Positions 18,928 to 29,533 of a stretch of 64,000 bases of DNA are shown piece after piece. Numbering within the stretch: the first letter of the stretch is position 1; each line of letters begins with the position of its first letter. This stretch comes from an uncultured Planctomycetales bacterium (GTDB taxonomy: Bacteria; Omnitrophota; Gorgyraeia; Gygaellales; Profunditerraquicolaceae). The translations under genes and the position numbers were made by a program. Location: assembly GCA_964645795.1 (NCBI GenBank), contig CAZYCL010000002.1, positions 208,352 to 272,351 on the forward strand, in the 5' to 3' direction. Below the pieces are notes generated by a model that saw nothing but the letters and a program-made list of their open reading frames with translations, searched no databases and had not been told where the DNA came from.

Positions 18928-20367
18928 TTATATGCAAGGCAGGCGGCTTTGCCCCATCAAAAACTTATCTATGTTATAAGCGGCTCTGCGGCCCTCTGAG
19001 ATCGCCCAGACTACCAGGGATTGGCCCCTGCGGCAGTCTCCCGCGGCGAATACTCCTTTTTGCGAGCTCATAAACTCATTATCGGTCTTGATGTTGCCGC
19101 GGCTATCCAGCTCAAGCCCGAGGCCTTCGACTAGGCCTCCTTTTTCAGGATGCAGAAAACCCAGCGCCAAAACCGCTATGTCAGCCTCGATTTCGAAATC
19201 GCTTCCTTGTATTTCTTTTACCGCAGGACAACCCATGCTGTCTTTTTGGAACTCTACCCGCGAGCATAATAACCTCTTTAGCCCTGCGCCGTCTCCGATG
19301 AACCTCTTGGTCATGACCGCCCATTCACGCCGGCCTCCTTCTTCATGACTTGAAGAAGTTTTAAGAAGCGTCGGGTACTTCGGCCAGGACTGCTCCTTTG
19401 TGCGGCAAGACGGAGGCTGAGGCATTATTTCGATCTGCATAACGCAGGCGGCTTTCTGCCGGTGGGCGGTGCCTACGCAGTCCGCACCCGTATCCCCTCC
19501 ACCGATAACCACAACCTTCTTGCCTTTAACATCGACCCTCTCTTCTGCGATAACCCTACCGGAAACCCTCCGGTTTGACTGGATAAGATAATCCATGGCA
19601 AAATAGATGCCTTTTAACTGCCGACCTTCTATCTTAAGGTCCCTGGGCACCCGTGAGCCTGCGCACAGACATACCGCGTCAAAATCAGAGATTAGTTTGT
19701 CCGCGGGATAATCAATCCCCGCATCAATACCGGCATTAAAAACAATGCCTTCTTCCCGAAGGATCTTGATCCTTCGTTCAATTACTTGCTTGTCCAGCTT
19801 GAAATCCGGGATACCGTAACGCAGGATACCGCCGATCTCGTCATCGCGCTCAAAGACGCTGACCTGATGGCCTGCCTTGTTGAGCTGGTCTGCGCAGCTC
19901 AATCCCGCGGGGCCGGAGCCGATCACGGCGACTTTCCTGCCTGTGCGGCTGGCTGGCGGCCTTGCCCTGATATCCCCCCTGCTAAACGCCGTCTCGATAA
20001 TACTCAGTTCGTTCTCCCTGACGGTCACCGGATCGTCATTTATCCCCAATACGCAGGAGTATTCGCAGGGCGCCGGACATATCCTGCCGGTGATCTCGGG
20101 CAGATTATTGGTCGCAAACAGCAGCATAAAGGCCTTTGCCTTTTGATCGCGAAAGAATGCGTCGTTCCACTCCGGAATATAATTGCCAATGGGGCATGAC
20201 CAGTGGCAAAAGGGTGTGCCGCAATCCATGCACCGCGAAGCCTGCTCTTTGGCTTGCGATTCAGCCGGCAATACGCATACCTCGCCAAAGTCTTTTACGC
20301 GCTCGCACACCGGCCGGTAAATACCTGCCCGCCTCTTTACTTTTAAGAACCCTTTTACATCTCCCAT
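18928..20367 (-). CDS. gltD: Glutamate synthase small (beta) subunit, NAD(P)H-dependent.
   Basis: N-terminal Fe-S cysteines (CMDCGTPFC) and two Rossmann motifs, VAVIGSGPAGLSCA and VVVIGGGDTGADC. Confidence 0.9.
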   Translation of the reverse strand: MGDVKGFLKVKRRAGIYRPVCERVKDFGEVCVLPAESQAKEQASRCMDCGTPFCHWSCPIGNYIPEWNDAFFRDQKAKAFMLLFATNNLPEITGRICPAPCEYSCVLGINDDPVTVRENELSIIETAFSRGDIRARPPASRTGRKVAVIGSGPAGLSCADQLNKAGHQVSVFERDDEIGGILRYGIPDFKLDKQVIERRIKILREEGIVFNAGIDAGIDYPADKLISDFDAVCLCAGSRVPRDLKIEGRQLKGIYFAMDYLIQSNRRVSGRVIAEERVDVKGKKVVVIGGGDTGADCVGTAHRQKAACVMQIEIMPQPPSCRTKEQSWPKYPTLLKTSSSHEEGGRREWAVMTKRFIGDGAGLKRLLCSRVEFQKDSMGCPAVKEIQGSDFEIEADIAVLALGFLHPEKGGLVEGLGLELDSRGNIKTDNEFMSSQKGVFAAGDCRRGQSLVVWAISEGRRAAYNIDKFLMGQSRLPCI

Positions 20368-20423
20368 TTTAAAATCACTCCTGCAGACGCCAGGACACCG
20401 GCCCTTACGATAGGGCCGGGTGC

Positions 20424-23400
20424 CTAACCATCCAAGGCTTCTTGCAATTCAGGGGCCTCCTCTGTCTGTCTTGCCTCCAGGACGCGCTTATACTCTTTAG
20501 GCATGACTTTGACAAAACGCTGGACCAGGCGGCTGAAGTTATCTAAGACCCCGAAGGCAACCTGGCTGCGTGTATGCTTATGGTGTTGGCGCACCAGCTC
20601 ATAGATCGTGCGCGCATCATCCGCGCAAATCCTCTCCAGCTCTACCATTTCCCTGTTGCATCTTTTGTGAAAATCTCCGTCTTTATCGTAAATGTAGGCT
20701 ATGCCTCCGGACATACCTGCGGCAAAGTTCCTGCCGGTCTTTCCCAGGATCACCACCCTGCCTCCCGTCATATATTCGCAGCCATGATCCCCTACCCCTT
20801 CGACCACCGCATTCAATCCGGAGTTGCGTATGCAGAAACGCTCACCGGCTACCCCGCTGATATAGGCCTCACCCGAGATCGCCCCATAAAAAGCGGTATT
20901 GCCGATGATAATATTATCCTGCGGATAATAATCCGAACGCCGGTCAGGATAGATGGCGAGCTTGCCTCCGGATATCCCCTTACCGACGTAATCATTGCTC
21001 ATGCCTTCAAGCTCAAAAGTGATGCCTTTTGCCAGAAACGCTGCGAAGCTCTGGCCAGCTATACCCCTGAACTTGCAATAAATGGTATCCTCATCCAGGC
21101 CTTCTTCGCCGAAGCGACGGCAGACCTCACCGCTTAGCATTGCCCCGGTTGAACGATTAATGTTAGTTATTGCCGACTCGATCTGTACTGCCTCTTTGGA
21201 AAGAAGCGCCGCAGATGCCTGCTGGATCAGCCTGCGGTCAAGCGCATTATCAATACCGTGTTCCTGGCTAATTGAACAATGCGTGGAAAGATTTTTGTCG
21301 GCCTGCGGCCTATAAAAGATGCGGGAGAAATCTATCCCTTTGGCCTTCCAGGGCAGGATATCGCCCCTTACCTCGAGCAGGTCGCTTCTACCCACCATCT
21401 CATCGACGCTGCGCATGCCCAGCTCGCTCATTATCTGACGCAATTCTTCGCAGACAAAATGAAAGTAATTGATGAGGTACTCGGCCCTGCCCTGAAACCT
21501 CTTCTCCAGCTTCTCGTCCTGCGTAGCCACGCCTACTGAACAGTTATTTAAATGGCAGTGCCTGAGCATCACGCAGCCCATCACGATCAATGCGGCGGTT
21601 GAAAAACCGAACTCCTCGGCGCCCAACAGCGCGGCGATAGCCACGTCGCGGCCGGTGCGCATCTGTCCGTCGGTCTGAAGCCTGACCCTGGGCCTTAATC
21701 CGTTAAGCAACAGGGTCTGGTGTGTTTCGGATAAACCCAGCTCCCAGGACAGCCCTGCGTGCTTAATAGAGCTTAAGGGCGAGGCCCCTGTCCCTCCGTC
21801 CCCGCCGGAAATAAGGATCATATCCGCCTTGCCTTTGGCTACGCCGGCAGCCACCGTTCCTACGCCTATCTCTGAGACGAGCTTCACGCTGATGCGTGCC
21901 CGGGGATTGACGTTCTTGAGGTCAAAAATAAGCTGGGCCAGGTCTTCAATGGAATATATATCGTGGTGAGGGGGAGGAGAGATCAGGGTTACGCCGGGAG
22001 TAGTATAGCGGATCCTGGCAATAGTATCGCTGACCTTATGCCCGGGAAGCTGCCCCCCTTCCCCGGGCTTGGCCCCCTGGCAGATCTTGATCTGGATCTC
22101 ATCGGCATTGACCAGATAATTGGTGGTTACCCCGAACCTGCCCGAAGCCACCTGTTTTATGGCGCTTCGCTTGGAGTCGCCGTTACTTAAAGCAACAAAA
22201 CGCAAAGGATCTTCTCCCCCTTCTCCGGTATTAGACCTTCCTCCCAGCCTGTTCATGGCAACGGCCAATGTCTCGTGCGTCGGCCTGCTGATTGAGCCGA
22301 AGCTCATCGCGCCGGTAGCAAAACGCTTGAGGATCCCGGCTGCCGGTTCCACCTCTTCGATGGGGACGGATTTTGTCTTTTTGAAAGACATCAATCCTCT
22401 TAATGTAGCGGGATTACGGGACTGATCGTTTATAAGGCGCGCAAACTCCAGGTATCTTTGACGGTCATTGTTTCGGCAGGCGTCCTGAAGAGCAGCGATG
22501 CTTTCCGGGTTCCAGAGATGGAACTCTGCGTCGCGGCGCCACTGATACAGCCCTCCGGAATCCAGGAGCTTGCCGTCGGCAAACCCCTGCCCGTGCCTGC
22601 TAAGCGTCTCTTCGATGATAACCTCAAGGCCCGCCCCGCCGATTCGCGATACCGTGCCGGGAAAATAATTATCGATCAGTTCTTTATCCAGCCCCAAGGC
22701 CTCGAATATCTGGGCACCGCGGTAACTCTGTAAAGTAGAGATGCCTATCTTGGAAAGGACTTTTAAAATTCCTTTCCTTACCGCTTTGATGTAATTCTTT
22801 TCTGCCTGGCCTGATTCGAGGCTCACCTCTTTATCCCGGGCCAGCTGCCTTACCGACTCTAGGGCTAAATACGGGTTGATGCATCCGGCGCCGTATCCGA
22901 ACAGCAGCGCGAAATGATGCACCTCGCGCGGCTCAGCGCTTTCTACTATCAGCGATATCTGCGCACGGCAGGCCTTCTTTACCAAATGCGCATGTACCGC
23001 CCCTACCGCTAAAAGCATGGGCAGCGCGGCATGGTCCTTATCCACTCCGCGGTCGCTTAAGACTATAAAAGTGTAGCCTTTTTTTATGGCTGATTCCGCC
23101 TCCCGGCATATTCTCTCAAGCGTCTGTCTAAAATTATCCTTGGCCTGGAGGCCGCAGGCAAAAACTACGGAAATAGTCTTGGTTTTAAATCCTCTCACCC
23201 TTATCCTGCGCAGCTTCTCTAAATCCTCATCGGTAAGAACAGGGTTGTTCAAGTGGATCTTGCGGCAGTGTGCGGGGGTTGCCCCAAGCAGGTTTTTGCG
23301 AGCCCCGATGAAACAATCCAGGCTCATCACCAGCTCTTCCCTTATCGGGTCTATCGCAGGGTTGGTCACCTGGGCAAAAAGCTGTTTGAAGTAATCGTAA

Positions 23401-24962
23401 AGCAGCTTGTTGCGATGCGACAATACGGCATGAGGGGTATCGTTGCCCATAGAACCTGTGGGCTCATGGCCGTTTTGGGCCATTGGCTGCAATATCATTT
23501 TTAAGTCTTCGCGCGAATAGCCGAATGCCTTCATTAGAAGCGCGGGATCCGGTATGCGCTCCGGGATAAACCTGGGCGCCGAAAGCGCGCTAAACTCTAC
23601 CATGTTTTGCTCCAACCACTTTCTGTAGGGCTTCTGCTTATAAACCCTCCTTTTCAACTCCTCATCCCCGACGATACGGCCCAGGGAGGTATCCACGAAG
23701 AACATCTTCCCCGGTTCAAGCCGGCCGCTCGCCTTTATGTTTTCAGGCGCGATGTCCAGCACGCCTACTTCCGAAGCCATTACTACAAGCTCATCCTTGG
23801 TCAGTATGTAGCGCGCCGGACGCAGGCCGTTCCTGTCCAGGACCGCGCCTACCTTTTCTCCATCGGTAAAAGCGATGGCTGCCGGCCCGTCCCAGGGCTC
23901 CATCAGGCAGGCATGATACTTATAAAACGCCCTCAATTCCGCATCCAGGGAATCGTTCTGTTCCCAGGCTGAAGGTATCAGCATCATCATGGCGTGTTCC
24001 AGCGACCTTCCCGATAACACCAGAAGCTCAAAGACATTATCGATGCCGGCGGAATCGCTGCCGCCCGGCACGATAACAGGCTTGATCTTCTCGATATCCC
24101 TGCCGAAGAAGCGGCTTGCCAGAAGGTTTTCCTTGGCCCCCATCCAGTTGATATTACCGCGCAGGGTGTTGATCTCTCCGTTATGCGCCAGGAACCGAAA
24201 AGGCTGGGCAAGGTCCCAGGTGGGAAAGGTATTGGTGGAATAACGCGAATGCACCAGGCACAGGCTGCTTTCCAGCTCCTTGTCCCGCAGATCCAAAAAG
24301 AATTCATCCATCTGTCCGGGCATAAGCAAGCCCTTGTAAGAAAGGGTGCGGCAGGATAAGTTAGTGATATAGAAAAATGATTTCTGCCTTATCCTGGAAC
24401 TACGCACGGAGCTTTCAACTATCTTTCTGATAACATAGAGTTTTCTCTCGAAGGAAAGCTCATTTTTGATGACCGGGGATTTCTTAATGAATACCTGTTC
24501 GATCTTGGGCTGGGTCTCGCTGGCAGACCGTCCGATGCCTGAGCCTTCCACGGGCACATCCCTCCAGCCCAGAAGATAACAACCCTCATTCCTGACCGCC
24601 TCGGAGAAGACGGCCTTAACAAACCTGCGCTCAGACTCCAGCGCAGGTAAAAACACCAGGCCTGCCCCGTACTCTCCGCATGCCGGCAGCTCGATGTTGC
24701 TTTGCGCGCAGGCGCGGACAAAAAAATGATGCGGGATCTGTATGAGTATGCCTGCGCCATCACCGGTTTGGGGGTCAGCGCCGGTGGCCCCGCGGTGAGA
24801 GAGCCTCCTTAAAACCTCCAGCCCCTGCCTGACTACGGCGTTAGAGCCGCGGCCTTTGATATCGCAAACAAAGCCTACCCCGCAGGCATCGTGCTCAAAA
24901 CGACGGTCATACAGGCCGTATTTTTCCAGCTTTTCTTTTTTGTCCATATCTATATCTTCCAC
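20424..24962 (-). CDS. gltB: Glutamate synthase large (alpha) subunit.
   Basis: 1512 aa with an N-terminal Ntn amidotransferase (FEHDACGVGFV), a central domain, an FMN/3Fe-4S domain and a C-terminal GXGXG beta-helix domain. Confidence 0.95.
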   Translation of the reverse strand: MEDIDMDKKEKLEKYGLYDRRFEHDACGVGFVCDIKGRGSNAVVRQGLEVLRRLSHRGATGADPQTGDGAGILIQIPHHFFVRACAQSNIELPACGEYGAGLVFLPALESERRFVKAVFSEAVRNEGCYLLGWRDVPVEGSGIGRSASETQPKIEQVFIKKSPVIKNELSFERKLYVIRKIVESSVRSSRIRQKSFFYITNLSCRTLSYKGLLMPGQMDEFFLDLRDKELESSLCLVHSRYSTNTFPTWDLAQPFRFLAHNGEINTLRGNINWMGAKENLLASRFFGRDIEKIKPVIVPGGSDSAGIDNVFELLVLSGRSLEHAMMMLIPSAWEQNDSLDAELRAFYKYHACLMEPWDGPAAIAFTDGEKVGAVLDRNGLRPARYILTKDELVVMASEVGVLDIAPENIKASGRLEPGKMFFVDTSLGRIVGDEELKRRVYKQKPYRKWLEQNMVEFSALSAPRFIPERIPDPALLMKAFGYSREDLKMILQPMAQNGHEPTGSMGNDTPHAVLSHRNKLLYDYFKQLFAQVTNPAIDPIREELVMSLDCFIGARKNLLGATPAHCRKIHLNNPVLTDEDLEKLRRIRVRGFKTKTISVVFACGLQAKDNFRQTLERICREAESAIKKGYTFIVLSDRGVDKDHAALPMLLAVGAVHAHLVKKACRAQISLIVESAEPREVHHFALLFGYGAGCINPYLALESVRQLARDKEVSLESGQAEKNYIKAVRKGILKVLSKIGISTLQSYRGAQIFEALGLDKELIDNYFPGTVSRIGGAGLEVIIEETLSRHGQGFADGKLLDSGGLYQWRRDAEFHLWNPESIAALQDACRNNDRQRYLEFARLINDQSRNPATLRGLMSFKKTKSVPIEEVEPAAGILKRFATGAMSFGSISRPTHETLAVAMNRLGGRSNTGEGGEDPLRFVALSNGDSKRSAIKQVASGRFGVTTNYLVNADEIQIKICQGAKPGEGGQLPGHKVSDTIARIRYTTPGVTLISPPPHHDIYSIEDLAQLIFDLKNVNPRARISVKLVSEIGVGTVAAGVAKGKADMILISGGDGGTGASPLSSIKHAGLSWELGLSETHQTLLLNGLRPRVRLQTDGQMRTGRDVAIAALLGAEEFGFSTAALIVMGCVMLRHCHLNNCSVGVATQDEKLEKRFQGRAEYLINYFHFVCEELRQIMSELGMRSVDEMVGRSDLLEVRGDILPWKAKGIDFSRIFYRPQADKNLSTHCSISQEHGIDNALDRRLIQQASAALLSKEAVQIESAITNINRSTGAMLSGEVCRRFGEEGLDEDTIYCKFRGIAGQSFAAFLAKGITFELEGMSNDYVGKGISGGKLAIYPDRRSDYYPQDNIIIGNTAFYGAISGEAYISGVAGERFCIRNSGLNAVVEGVGDHGCEYMTGGRVVILGKTGRNFAAGMSGGIAYIYDKDGDFHKRCNREMVELERICADDARTIYELVRQHHKHTRSQVAFGVLDNFSRLVQRFVKVMPKEYKRVLEARQTEEAPELQEALDG

Positions 24963-25162
24963 TTATCCGGGTCGATACCAAGCTTCCTGATCTTGCTGCG
25001 CATGGTATTGCGGTTTATGCCGAGGATCTTGGCTGCCTTTACCTGGTTTCCGTAAGTACGCTCCAGGGCCCTCTCGATCAGAGGTTTTTCGATTATCTCA
25101 AGGACATATTTATAGACGCTACCCTGTTTTTCCTTATAAAGAGCCTCATCCAGCTCGATCAT
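24950..25162 (-). CDS. Small Fis-family HTH DNA-binding protein.
   Basis: 70 aa. The C-terminus, LIERALERTYGNQVKAAKILGINRNTMRSKIRKLGI, matches the Fis/NtrC-type HTH. The gene overlaps the gltB start by 13 nt. Confidence 0.6.
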   Translation of the reverse strand: MIELDEALYKEKQGSVYKYVLEIIEKPLIERALERTYGNQVKAAKILGINRNTMRSKIRKLGIDPDKWKI

Positions 25163-25347
25163 CTTTTCTCCCGGTATCTCTGCCTAAAAATTAAGCACTA
25201 TAAGTCAAAAAAAATGGCGCCCACTATAAGGTTACAAACCTTTAATGAACGCCTCTGTTCTGACCGGAACCTAATGCACTACCGCGTGCCTAGACTATCT
25301 TATTCCATATATACAAGTAAAAAAGGGGTGGATTTGGTAATCAGAAT

Positions 25348-26775
25348 CTAAGTCCGGTGTTTGCCTGCCGCCGCGCCCGGCCGTAAGGACCGCCTTAACA
25401 ACCGCAGTGGCCTGCTTAATCCTAACCGGCCTATGCAATATTTGATTCTTAATATGAGTTTCTTAAATTTGACCCTCAGCGGTGCCGAATCTTCAATGGC
25501 CCGCTCGGCTTCTTTTTTGAGCCTTATAAGCTCGGAGTCCGTGAAATCGGTAAGGTTAACCACTAAAGCCTTACCGAAATTTGCCAGCATGGAAAGGTAT
25601 GTGTCCTCATCATGTTTGATCTTTCCGTTTTCCCTGGCCCATTCATACAATTGAGTGCCGGGTATCGGGGTGGCAAAGAAAAAACGCCAGGCAGGCAATC
25701 TTAAGCGCTTTATAAATTCGACCGTTTCCTTGATCGTATCTAAAGTCTCGCCAAAATAGCCGATAATAAAAGCAGTCCCGGGGGTAATTTTGTTTTTTTG
25801 GGTCAGGCGAATGGCATTTTCGGCCTGTTGAACCGTTACGCGCTTATTCATATTATTCAAGATTATCTGGCTTGCGGATTCCACCCCGTAGCCTATATAG
25901 GTGCACCCGGATTCTTTCATCAGCTTAAGAAGCCGGTCGTTTACTAAATTCACCCTGCCCGAACAAGACCAGCCGATATTAAACTTCTCTTCGATAAGCC
26001 GCCTGCAGAACTCCTCCCTCTCCTTCTCACCGGGCAGGAACAAATCATCGTTAAAAGTTACGTGGTCTACATCGTAGCTGTCCTTTATCTTGCGGATCTC
26101 CTGAAGGATGCTGTCAACCGAACGGGAGAAGACCTTACCCCTATATCCGTGCGAACAGTAACCGCAACTATAAGGGCAACCCCGGACGGTGGAAATATAA
26201 TCCGTCCGTGAGCCATAAGTCAGATACTCCGGGGCGCCCTGGATATACACCTCCATATCCAGCAAATCGCGGGCCGGATAAGGAAGCGCATCCAGGTTCT
26301 CGATCCTTTCCCTGGGGGCATTCTTATAGATCCTGCCGCCGTCCTTATACCAGATACCCTTTATATCCTTAAGCTTATCGGGCTGCCGTATGTGTTCGAT
26401 CAACTCCAGGGCGGTCAGCTCTCCCTCGTCCACAACAATTACATCTGTGCCGGTATTTTTTAACAACGTTTCAGGGCAGGAGCTGGTGATAAGGTTGCCC
26501 ACGATAACCGGCATCTTTGGAAATGCTGATTTTATTTTCCGGGAGAACATCTTCACAAAATCGTAAGCCGTCACCAGGGCGCTGATCCCGATACAATCAT
26601 ACCCCCCAAAAGAAGCGATTTTTTTGTCAAGATCGCAATTATCCAAAGGATGGGCGTCCAGGTCCAGCACATCAACCTGATGCCCGTGAAGCCTAAGGTA
26701 GCTGGCGATGTAAGCCAGACCTGCGGGGAAAACAGGCCAGATTATTGCTTTAGGATTTACCAGTAAAACTCTCAT
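25348..26775 (-). CDS. B12-binding-domain radical SAM protein (class B radical SAM methylase/BchE-like family).
   Basis: N-terminal cobalamin-binding Rossmann-like region and a radical SAM CxxxCxxC motif (GCPYSCGYCS). The preferred ATG is at 26775. The track start 26841 is TTG. Confidence 0.7.
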   Translation of the reverse strand: MRVLLVNPKAIIWPVFPAGLAYIASYLRLHGHQVDVLDLDAHPLDNCDLDKKIASFGGYDCIGISALVTAYDFVKMFSRKIKSAFPKMPVIVGNLITSSCPETLLKNTGTDVIVVDEGELTALELIEHIRQPDKLKDIKGIWYKDGGRIYKNAPRERIENLDALPYPARDLLDMEVYIQGAPEYLTYGSRTDYISTVRGCPYSCGYCSHGYRGKVFSRSVDSILQEIRKIKDSYDVDHVTFNDDLFLPGEKEREEFCRRLIEEKFNIGWSCSGRVNLVNDRLLKLMKESGCTYIGYGVESASQIILNNMNKRVTVQQAENAIRLTQKNKITPGTAFIIGYFGETLDTIKETVEFIKRLRLPAWRFFFATPIPGTQLYEWARENGKIKHDEDTYLSMLANFGKALVVNLTDFTDSELIRLKKEAERAIEDSAPLRVKFKKLILRIKYCIGRLGLSRPLRLLRRSLRPGAAAGKHRT

Positions 26776-26859
26776 GCAGACTCTTTTTGCTGCCGGGGGG
26801 TTCTTGCGGGAAAAATTGCGCCGGCTATAAAGCCGGCTCAATTTTTTACGTTTTTTCTG

Positions 26860-29055
26860 TTATTTAATGAACAGCATCTCCCTGTACTTGGGCAGGTCCC
26901 AGGTATCATCGGGGACGACGCACTCCAGGGCATCCGCGTGCCTGCGGATATGCTCCATAAGGGGCCTTAGCTCTTCAAAGTATATTTTAGCGCGTTTCTC
27001 ATCGCTTACCTTGGCCGCCTTCTCCAGAAGCTTCTCCAGCTCCGCAGTGTTGCGCCTGACGTAATAAATCTTGGAGACCACGTCGCTCAGATGCCCTTTT
27101 TTATCCTGAATGGCTTTGGGGTCGAACTTCACCCCGGCGCCCTTCTCCAGGCCCGCCAGCTTTTCAAGGGCAGAAGCAAGCAGCTTCTCGTACTCATAAC
27201 CCGCAGGCACAATCGAGGCATTGACCATTTCTTTCAAGGTATTGGCCTCTATCTCCAGGGTCAAGTTATACATGTGTATCCAGATGTGATAACGCGCTGC
27301 CAGCTCTTCCCTGGAAAATACTTTGTATTTTTCAAAGAGGGCGACGTTCTCTTTTTCGGTCAGCGCCTCCAGCGCTTCATAGGTAGCCGCGACATTGGGC
27401 AGGCCGCGTTTCTTGGCCTCCTTTACCCACTCTTCGGCATAATTGTTGCCCTCGAAGCGGATATCCTTGGTATCCTTAACGATCTGACTTACAACCTTTA
27501 ATACCGCAGAGTTAAACTCCTTGCCGGCGCAGGTCGCCTTCTTTATTTCAGCCGCCACATAATCAAGGCTTTCGGCAATGATGGTATTGATGACCGCGAT
27601 GGGAGTGGAGATGTTCTGGGATGAGCCCACCGCCCGGAACTCAAATTTGGCGCCGGTAAAAGCAAAAGGTGAAGTGCGGTTTCTGTCGGTGGTGTCCTTA
27701 TTGAACCTGGGAAGCCTGGCTATCCCAAGGTCGATGATATCCCGTTTTGATACCTTGGCCTTAACGCCTTTCTCCAGCATATCCAGGACCTGAGTAAGCT
27801 GCTCTCCCAGGAATACGCTGATGATCGCCGGAGGCGCTTCGTTGGCGCCCAGGCGGTGTTCGTTTCCGGCCATGGCTACGGATGCGCGCAAAATATCTCC
27901 GTGCAGGTATACCGCTCGCAGGACAGCCACCAGCACCGTCAGAAACTGCAGGTTATCCTCCGGGGTCTCCCCGGGGTTAAGCAGGTTATTACCGTTGTTA
28001 TCCGCCAACGACCAGTTAAGGTGCTTGCCGCTGCCGTTTATGCCAGCAAAAGGCTTCTCGTGCAGAAGGCAGACCAGGTTGTGCCTGAGGGCGACCTTTT
28101 TCATCAACTCCATCAACAGCTGGTTATGGTCTGCGGCCAGGTTTGACTCCTCGAATATCGGAGCAAACTCATACTGATGAGGGGCGACCTCATTATGCCG
28201 GGTGACTACCGGTATGCCCAGCTTATAGGCCTCCTGAGCCACTTCAAACATGAAGTTAACGACCCGTTCTTTGATCGTACCGAAGTATTGGTCTTCCAGC
28301 TGCTGGCCCTTGGGTGAGGCTGCTCCTACAAGGGTGCGTCCGGCCATGACTAGATCCTGGCGCAGATTATAATAATTCTTATCGATCAAGAAATACTCTT
28401 GTTCGGGCCCGCATGTAGAGAAGACCTTTTTTACGTCTTTGTGCCCGAACAGCTTTAACAGCCCCACCGCCGCCCTATTCAAAGCCTCATCGGAACGCAA
28501 GAGCGGAAGTTTCTTATCCAGCGCCTCGCCGTGGTAGGATATGAATATCGTGGGGATGCACAGGGTCTTGCCGAGCTTACTCTCGATGATAAAAGCTGGG
28601 CTGGAGGGGTCCCAGGCGGTATAACCCCTGGCCTCAAAGGTTGCGCGGATGCCTCCGGAGGGGAAGCTGGAGGCGTCGGGTTCTCCCTGGATAAGCTTGT
28701 TGCCGGAAAACTTCTCGATGACCTTACCCGGACCGGCAAAGGAGATGAAGCTGTCGTGCTTTTCCGCGGTAAGCCCGGTCATCGGCTGGAACCAATGAGT
28801 ATAATAAGTAGCGCCCTTGGAGATGGCCCACTCCTTCATGGCATCGGCGATCTCATTGGCCTGCTCCAGGCTTATGGTCTTTCCTTCCGACATCCAGGCC
28901 TTGAAAGCCTCAAAGGTGGCTTTGGAGATGTGCCGGCGCATTGTCTGCGTGCCGAAGGTATTCTCTCCGAAATACGCGGATACCTTCTGGGGCTTGTCCA
29001 CCTTATCGAACTCCGTGTTTCTGATCTTGAATAATACCTCTTGCCTGATGCTCAT
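26860..29055 (-). CDS. glnN: Glutamine synthetase type III.
   Basis: 731 aa. N-terminal MSIRQEVLFKIRNTEFDKV... and overall length and architecture typical of GSIII (GlnN). Confidence 0.85.
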   Translation of the reverse strand: MSIRQEVLFKIRNTEFDKVDKPQKVSAYFGENTFGTQTMRRHISKATFEAFKAWMSEGKTISLEQANEIADAMKEWAISKGATYYTHWFQPMTGLTAEKHDSFISFAGPGKVIEKFSGNKLIQGEPDASSFPSGGIRATFEARGYTAWDPSSPAFIIESKLGKTLCIPTIFISYHGEALDKKLPLLRSDEALNRAAVGLLKLFGHKDVKKVFSTCGPEQEYFLIDKNYYNLRQDLVMAGRTLVGAASPKGQQLEDQYFGTIKERVVNFMFEVAQEAYKLGIPVVTRHNEVAPHQYEFAPIFEESNLAADHNQLLMELMKKVALRHNLVCLLHEKPFAGINGSGKHLNWSLADNNGNNLLNPGETPEDNLQFLTVLVAVLRAVYLHGDILRASVAMAGNEHRLGANEAPPAIISVFLGEQLTQVLDMLEKGVKAKVSKRDIIDLGIARLPRFNKDTTDRNRTSPFAFTGAKFEFRAVGSSQNISTPIAVINTIIAESLDYVAAEIKKATCAGKEFNSAVLKVVSQIVKDTKDIRFEGNNYAEEWVKEAKKRGLPNVAATYEALEALTEKENVALFEKYKVFSREELAARYHIWIHMYNLTLEIEANTLKEMVNASIVPAGYEYEKLLASALEKLAGLEKGAGVKFDPKAIQDKKGHLSDVVSKIYYVRRNTAELEKLLEKAAKVSDEKRAKIYFEELRPLMEHIRRHADALECVVPDDTWDLPKYREMLFIK

Positions 29056-29129
29056 TATGGCCTCCCTTGATAACTTAAAACAAATACAGCTTTATTATAC
29101 TACAACTTTTTTCAAATAGAAGATGTTCT

Positions 29130-29471
29130 TTAGCCTATTGCCGTGCCTCCTCTTTCTTCGGTCCGGATACGGATGCATTCCTTGAGGTCGAGAACAAAGA
29201 CCTTTCCGTCTCCGGTCTCGCCGGTCTTGGCGCCCTTGACGATCGCCCTGATCGTAGGCTCGACAAAATTGTCGTTTACCGCGATCTCCAGGCGCACCTT
29301 GCGCAAAAGATTTCCCGTCTCTTTATGCCCGCGGTATACTTCGGTCACACCCTTCTGCCGGCCATGACCCAGGACCTCGCTTACCGTCAAAAGATTGACC
29401 TCGGACTTATAAAGCTGTTCCTTTACCTCTTCCAGCTTATGCGGTTGTATTATTGCTATGATCAGCTTCAT
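29130..29471 (-). CDS. glnK: P-II nitrogen regulatory protein (GlnB/GlnK family).
   Basis: 113 aa [20 protein letters not shown]...GRQKG...GDGKVFV. The T-loop reads YRGHKETG, with Tyr51 replaced by Glu. Adjacent to amt. Confidence 0.9.
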   Translation of the reverse strand: MKLIIAIIQPHKLEEVKEQLYKSEVNLLTVSEVLGHGRQKGVTEVYRGHKETGNLLRKVRLEIAVNDNFVEPTIRAIVKGAKTGETGDGKVFVLDLKECIRIRTEERGGTAIG

Positions 29472-29491
29472 CTTCTCTCTCCTTTATAAGT

Positions 29492-29528
29492 GGGGACGGT
29501 TCTGGGGACAGGTCCCAGAACCGTCCCC
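29492..29528. repeat. 37-bp REP-like palindrome, copy A, in the amt-glnK intergenic region.
   Basis: GGGGACGGTTCTGGGGACAGGTCCCAGAACCGTCCCC has near-perfect dyad symmetry. It is the same element as the copies at 30836, 42280 and 42857. Confidence 0.85.
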
Positions 29529-29533
29529 GAATC

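Noticed and set aside
25261-25300. Sigma-54 promoter-like GGCACG...GTGCA on the minus strand upstream of the Fis-like/gltB genes
   Set aside because: The GG to GC spacing is off by one from the strict -24/-12 geometry.
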